This document shows positions 62,169 through 64,000 of a stretch of 64,000 nt of DNA, one piece after another (positions within the stretch are counted from its first letter, which is position 1; every line of letters begins with the position of its first letter). Below the pieces are notes generated by a model. That model was not told where the DNA came from. It made no database searches and worked only from the letters and a program-made list of their open reading frames with translations. Source of the DNA: an uncultured Clostridia bacterium (lineage in GTDB: Bacteria; Bacillota; Clostridia; Oscillospirales; Ruminococcaceae); the NCBI GenBank assembly GCA_947625155.1, contig CANQNG010000001.1, forward strand, positions 39,148-103,147. The letters are read 5' to 3'. Made by a program: the position numbers and the translations under genes.

Positions 62169-64000
62169 TGCCTTTGTACACCTGCACGTTCACAGCGAAT
62201 ACAGTCTGCTCGACGGTGCGTGCCGTATCGAAGCACTGGTGGAACAGGTAAAAGCGCTCGGGCAGACAGCGGTTGCCGTGACAGATCACGGCAATTTGTT
62301 TGCGGCTGTTGCCTTCTATGATGCGGCGAAGGATGCCGGTATCCAGCCCATTATCGGCTGTGAGGTCTATGTGGCGCAGCGCAGCCGCTTTGACAAAGAT
62401 CAGATGTTAGACGGCAAGAGCTATCATCTTGTACTGCTGTGTGAAAATGAAGAGGGCTACCGGAATTTGGTCAAGCTGGTCTCTTTTGCCAATACAGAGG
62501 GATTTTACAAAAAGCCGAGGATCGACCGGGCTTTATTGCAGAAATATCACAAGGGGCTGATCTGTCTGTCTGCCTGCCTTTCGGGTGAGATCCCAAGGCT
62601 GCTGCTGGACAGGGAGTATGCAGCGGCAAAGCAGACAGCGCTGTGGTACAGGGATCTGTTCGGGGCAGACAACTTTTTTCTCGAAGTACAGAACCATGGC
62701 ATTCCGGAGGAAAAGCAGATCATGCCCTTACTTCTGCGGCTTGCGGGGGAAACGGGCATCCCACTCGTTGCTACCAATGATGCACACTATCTGAAGCGTT
62801 CTGATGCGCAGATGCAGAAAGTTCTTCTCTGCATCCAGACTGGAACGGCACTCCATGAACCGAACAGCATGGGCTTTTCCATGAGTGAATACTACCTGAA
62901 AAGCACCGAGGAAATGGCTGCCCTGTTTGCCAATTGCCCGGATGCCATTAGCAATACCAGACGGATCGCCGACCGCTGTCATGTGGGATTTGTGTTCGGA
63001 CAGCGCAAGCTGCCGCATTTCGTGCAGGACGGCGTGACGGACAATACGGCTTTTTTTCATGCGCTCTGCGAAAAAGGGATGCACAAGCGCTACGGGGAAC
63101 ATATTACCCCCGAAATAGAAAACAGGCTGCACTATGAAATGCAGGTCATCGAACAGATGGGGTTCGTGGATTATTACCTGATCGTGTGGGATCTTATCCG
63201 CTATGCCCGGATGCACGACATTCCGGTCGGACCGGGCAGAGGTTCGGGGGCAGGCAGTCTGTGTGCCTATTGTATCGGTATCACCAGCATTGACCCGATC
63301 GCCGGAAAGCTGCTGTTTGAGCGCTTTCTGAATCCGGAACGGGTAAGCATGCCGGACTTTGACATTGACTTCTGCATCGAGGGCAGGCCCAAGGTCAAGG
63401 AGTATGTGGTGAACCGCTACGGCAGCGACCACGTTGCTGAGATCGTTGCTTTCGATACCCTGAAAGCGAAAGCTGCCGTGCGGGATGTCGGACGTGTGCT
63501 GGGGATACCCTACGGGCTTTGTGACAAGGTCGCCAAGCTGTTCGGGTTCGATATGACCATTGCAGAGACACTGGCAGAAGTAAAAGAACTGAAAGCCCTG
63601 TATGATACCGATGAACAGGTACACCGCCTGCTGGATCTTGCTGCACAGATCGAGGGAATGCCACGCCATACGAGCACCCATGCGGCAGGGGTGGTCATTG
63701 CGGCTTCTCCGGTCAGCGACTATGTCCCTTTGCTGAAAAACGGCGACGCCGTGCAGACACAGTACACCATGACAGTGCTGGAGCGTCTGGGTCTGCTGAA
63801 AATGGATTTTCTCGGCTTGCGCAATCTGACGATCATACGGAATGCGGAACGGGCGATACAGCGGCATACGCCAGCATTTTCAGTCAACAGCATCCCACAG
63901 GATGACCCGGAAGTATATGCACGCATCAGCAGCGGCGATACATCCGGTATGTTTCAGCTCGAAAGTGCGGGGATGCGAAATTTTATCATGCAGCTCAAGC
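62158..64000 (+). CDS. dnaE: DNA polymerase III alpha subunit, N-terminal part (continues beyond the window)
   Basis: Open frame from the ATG at 62158 to the window end. MTNDAFVHLHVHSEYSLLDGACRIE... is a PHP domain. Later GRGSGAGSLCAYCIGIT and PDFDIDF. It is absent from the ORF track only because there is no stop inside the window. It overlaps the whiA end by 11 nt. Confidence 0.93.
   Translation, partial: MTNDAFVHLHVHSEYSLLDGACRIEALVEQVKALGQTAVAVTDHGNLFAAVAFYDAAKDAGIQPIIGCEVYVAQRSRFDKDQMLDGKSYHLVLLCENEEGYRNLVKLVSFANTEGFYKKPRIDRALLQKYHKGLICLSACLSGEIPRLLLDREYAAAKQTALWYRDLFGADNFFLEVQNHGIPEEKQIMPLLLRLAGETGIPLVATNDAHYLKRSDAQMQKVLLCIQTGTALHEPNSMGFSMSEYYLKSTEEMAALFANCPDAISNTRRIADRCHVGFVFGQRKLPHFVQDGVTDNTAFFHALCEKGMHKRYGEHITPEIENRLHYEMQVIEQMGFVDYYLIVWDLIRYARMHDIPVGPGRGSGAGSLCAYCIGITSIDPIAGKLLFERFLNPERVSMPDFDIDFCIEGRPKVKEYVVNRYGSDHVAEIVAFDTLKAKAAVRDVGRVLGIPYGLCDKVAKLFGFDMTIAETLAEVKELKALYDTDEQVHRLLDLAAQIEGMPRHTSTHAAGVVIAASPVSDYVPLLKNGDAVQTQYTMTVLERLGLLKMDFLGLRNLTIIRNAERAIQRHTPAFSVNSIPQDDPEVYARISSGDTSGMFQLESAGMRNFIMQLK

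Noticed and set aside
1-64000. A search of the whole window for mobile elements, prophage, defence islands (restriction-modification, toxin-antitoxin, CBASS-like and similar), tRNA or rRNA genes.
   Set aside because: I saw no transposase, integrase, recombinase, phage structural or nuclease/ATPase defence-type ORFs. No flanking inverted or direct repeats were seen. There is no tRNA-like GGTTCGAATCC-type arm in any intergenic region. Coding composition is uniform apart from the short AT-rich promoter tracts.

Overview
This is a 64-kb chromosomal segment from a GC-rich, endospore-forming member of the Clostridia. It looks Oscillospiraceae/Ruminococcus-like: one secreted protein carries a type-I dockerin, which implies cohesin-dockerin (cellulosome/amylosome-type) surface assemblies. 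The window is almost fully coding and mostly housekeeping. In order it contains: the purD 3' end; uvrC-rsmD-coaD; an Lrp/AsnC regulator; an ABC-F ATPase; a six-gene polyamine operon (speA, speE, carboxyspermidine dehydrogenase and decarboxylase, aguA, aguB); leuB-ilvE; a YitT-type membrane protein; a Ca2+-type P-type ATPase; a minus-strand aroB-aroA-aroC-DUF4364 operon; the complete spoIIIAA-AH sporulation operon; the conserved Firmicutes block asp23-nusB-(TsaD-like)-xseA-xseB-ispA-PAP2-dxs-tlyA-nadK-argR-recN; a cytoplasmic GH13 alpha-amylase; pepF; rpe; hprK-murB-rapZ-whiA; and the dnaE 5' part. I saw no rRNA, tRNA, CRISPR array, transposase, integrase or prophage genes. Four things stand out. 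(1) A minus-strand operon at 41.6-45.1 kb has a consensus promoter, a clear cobalamin riboswitch and a terminator hairpin. It encodes only three lipoproteins: an exported CbiK-type chelatase homologue, a tandem-domain protein of unknown function, and a BtuF/FhuD-type binding protein. It has no permease or ATPase. I read it as a candidate cell-surface corrinoid/tetrapyrrole capture module. (2) A translationally coupled trio of divergent RnfD/RnfE/RnfA-like membrane proteins (55.0-57.2 kb) lacks RnfC/G/B partners and has lost most of the cysteines that ligate the intramembrane Fe-S centre in Rnf/Nqr. (3) A 921-aa dockerin protein combines an HExxH domain, an 18-residue-period beta-helix repeat block and a LamG-like domain. 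(4) A single polyamine operon encodes two alternative spermidine routes but no AdoMet decarboxylase. All calls come from reading the translated ORFs and the nucleotide sequence. No database search was run.
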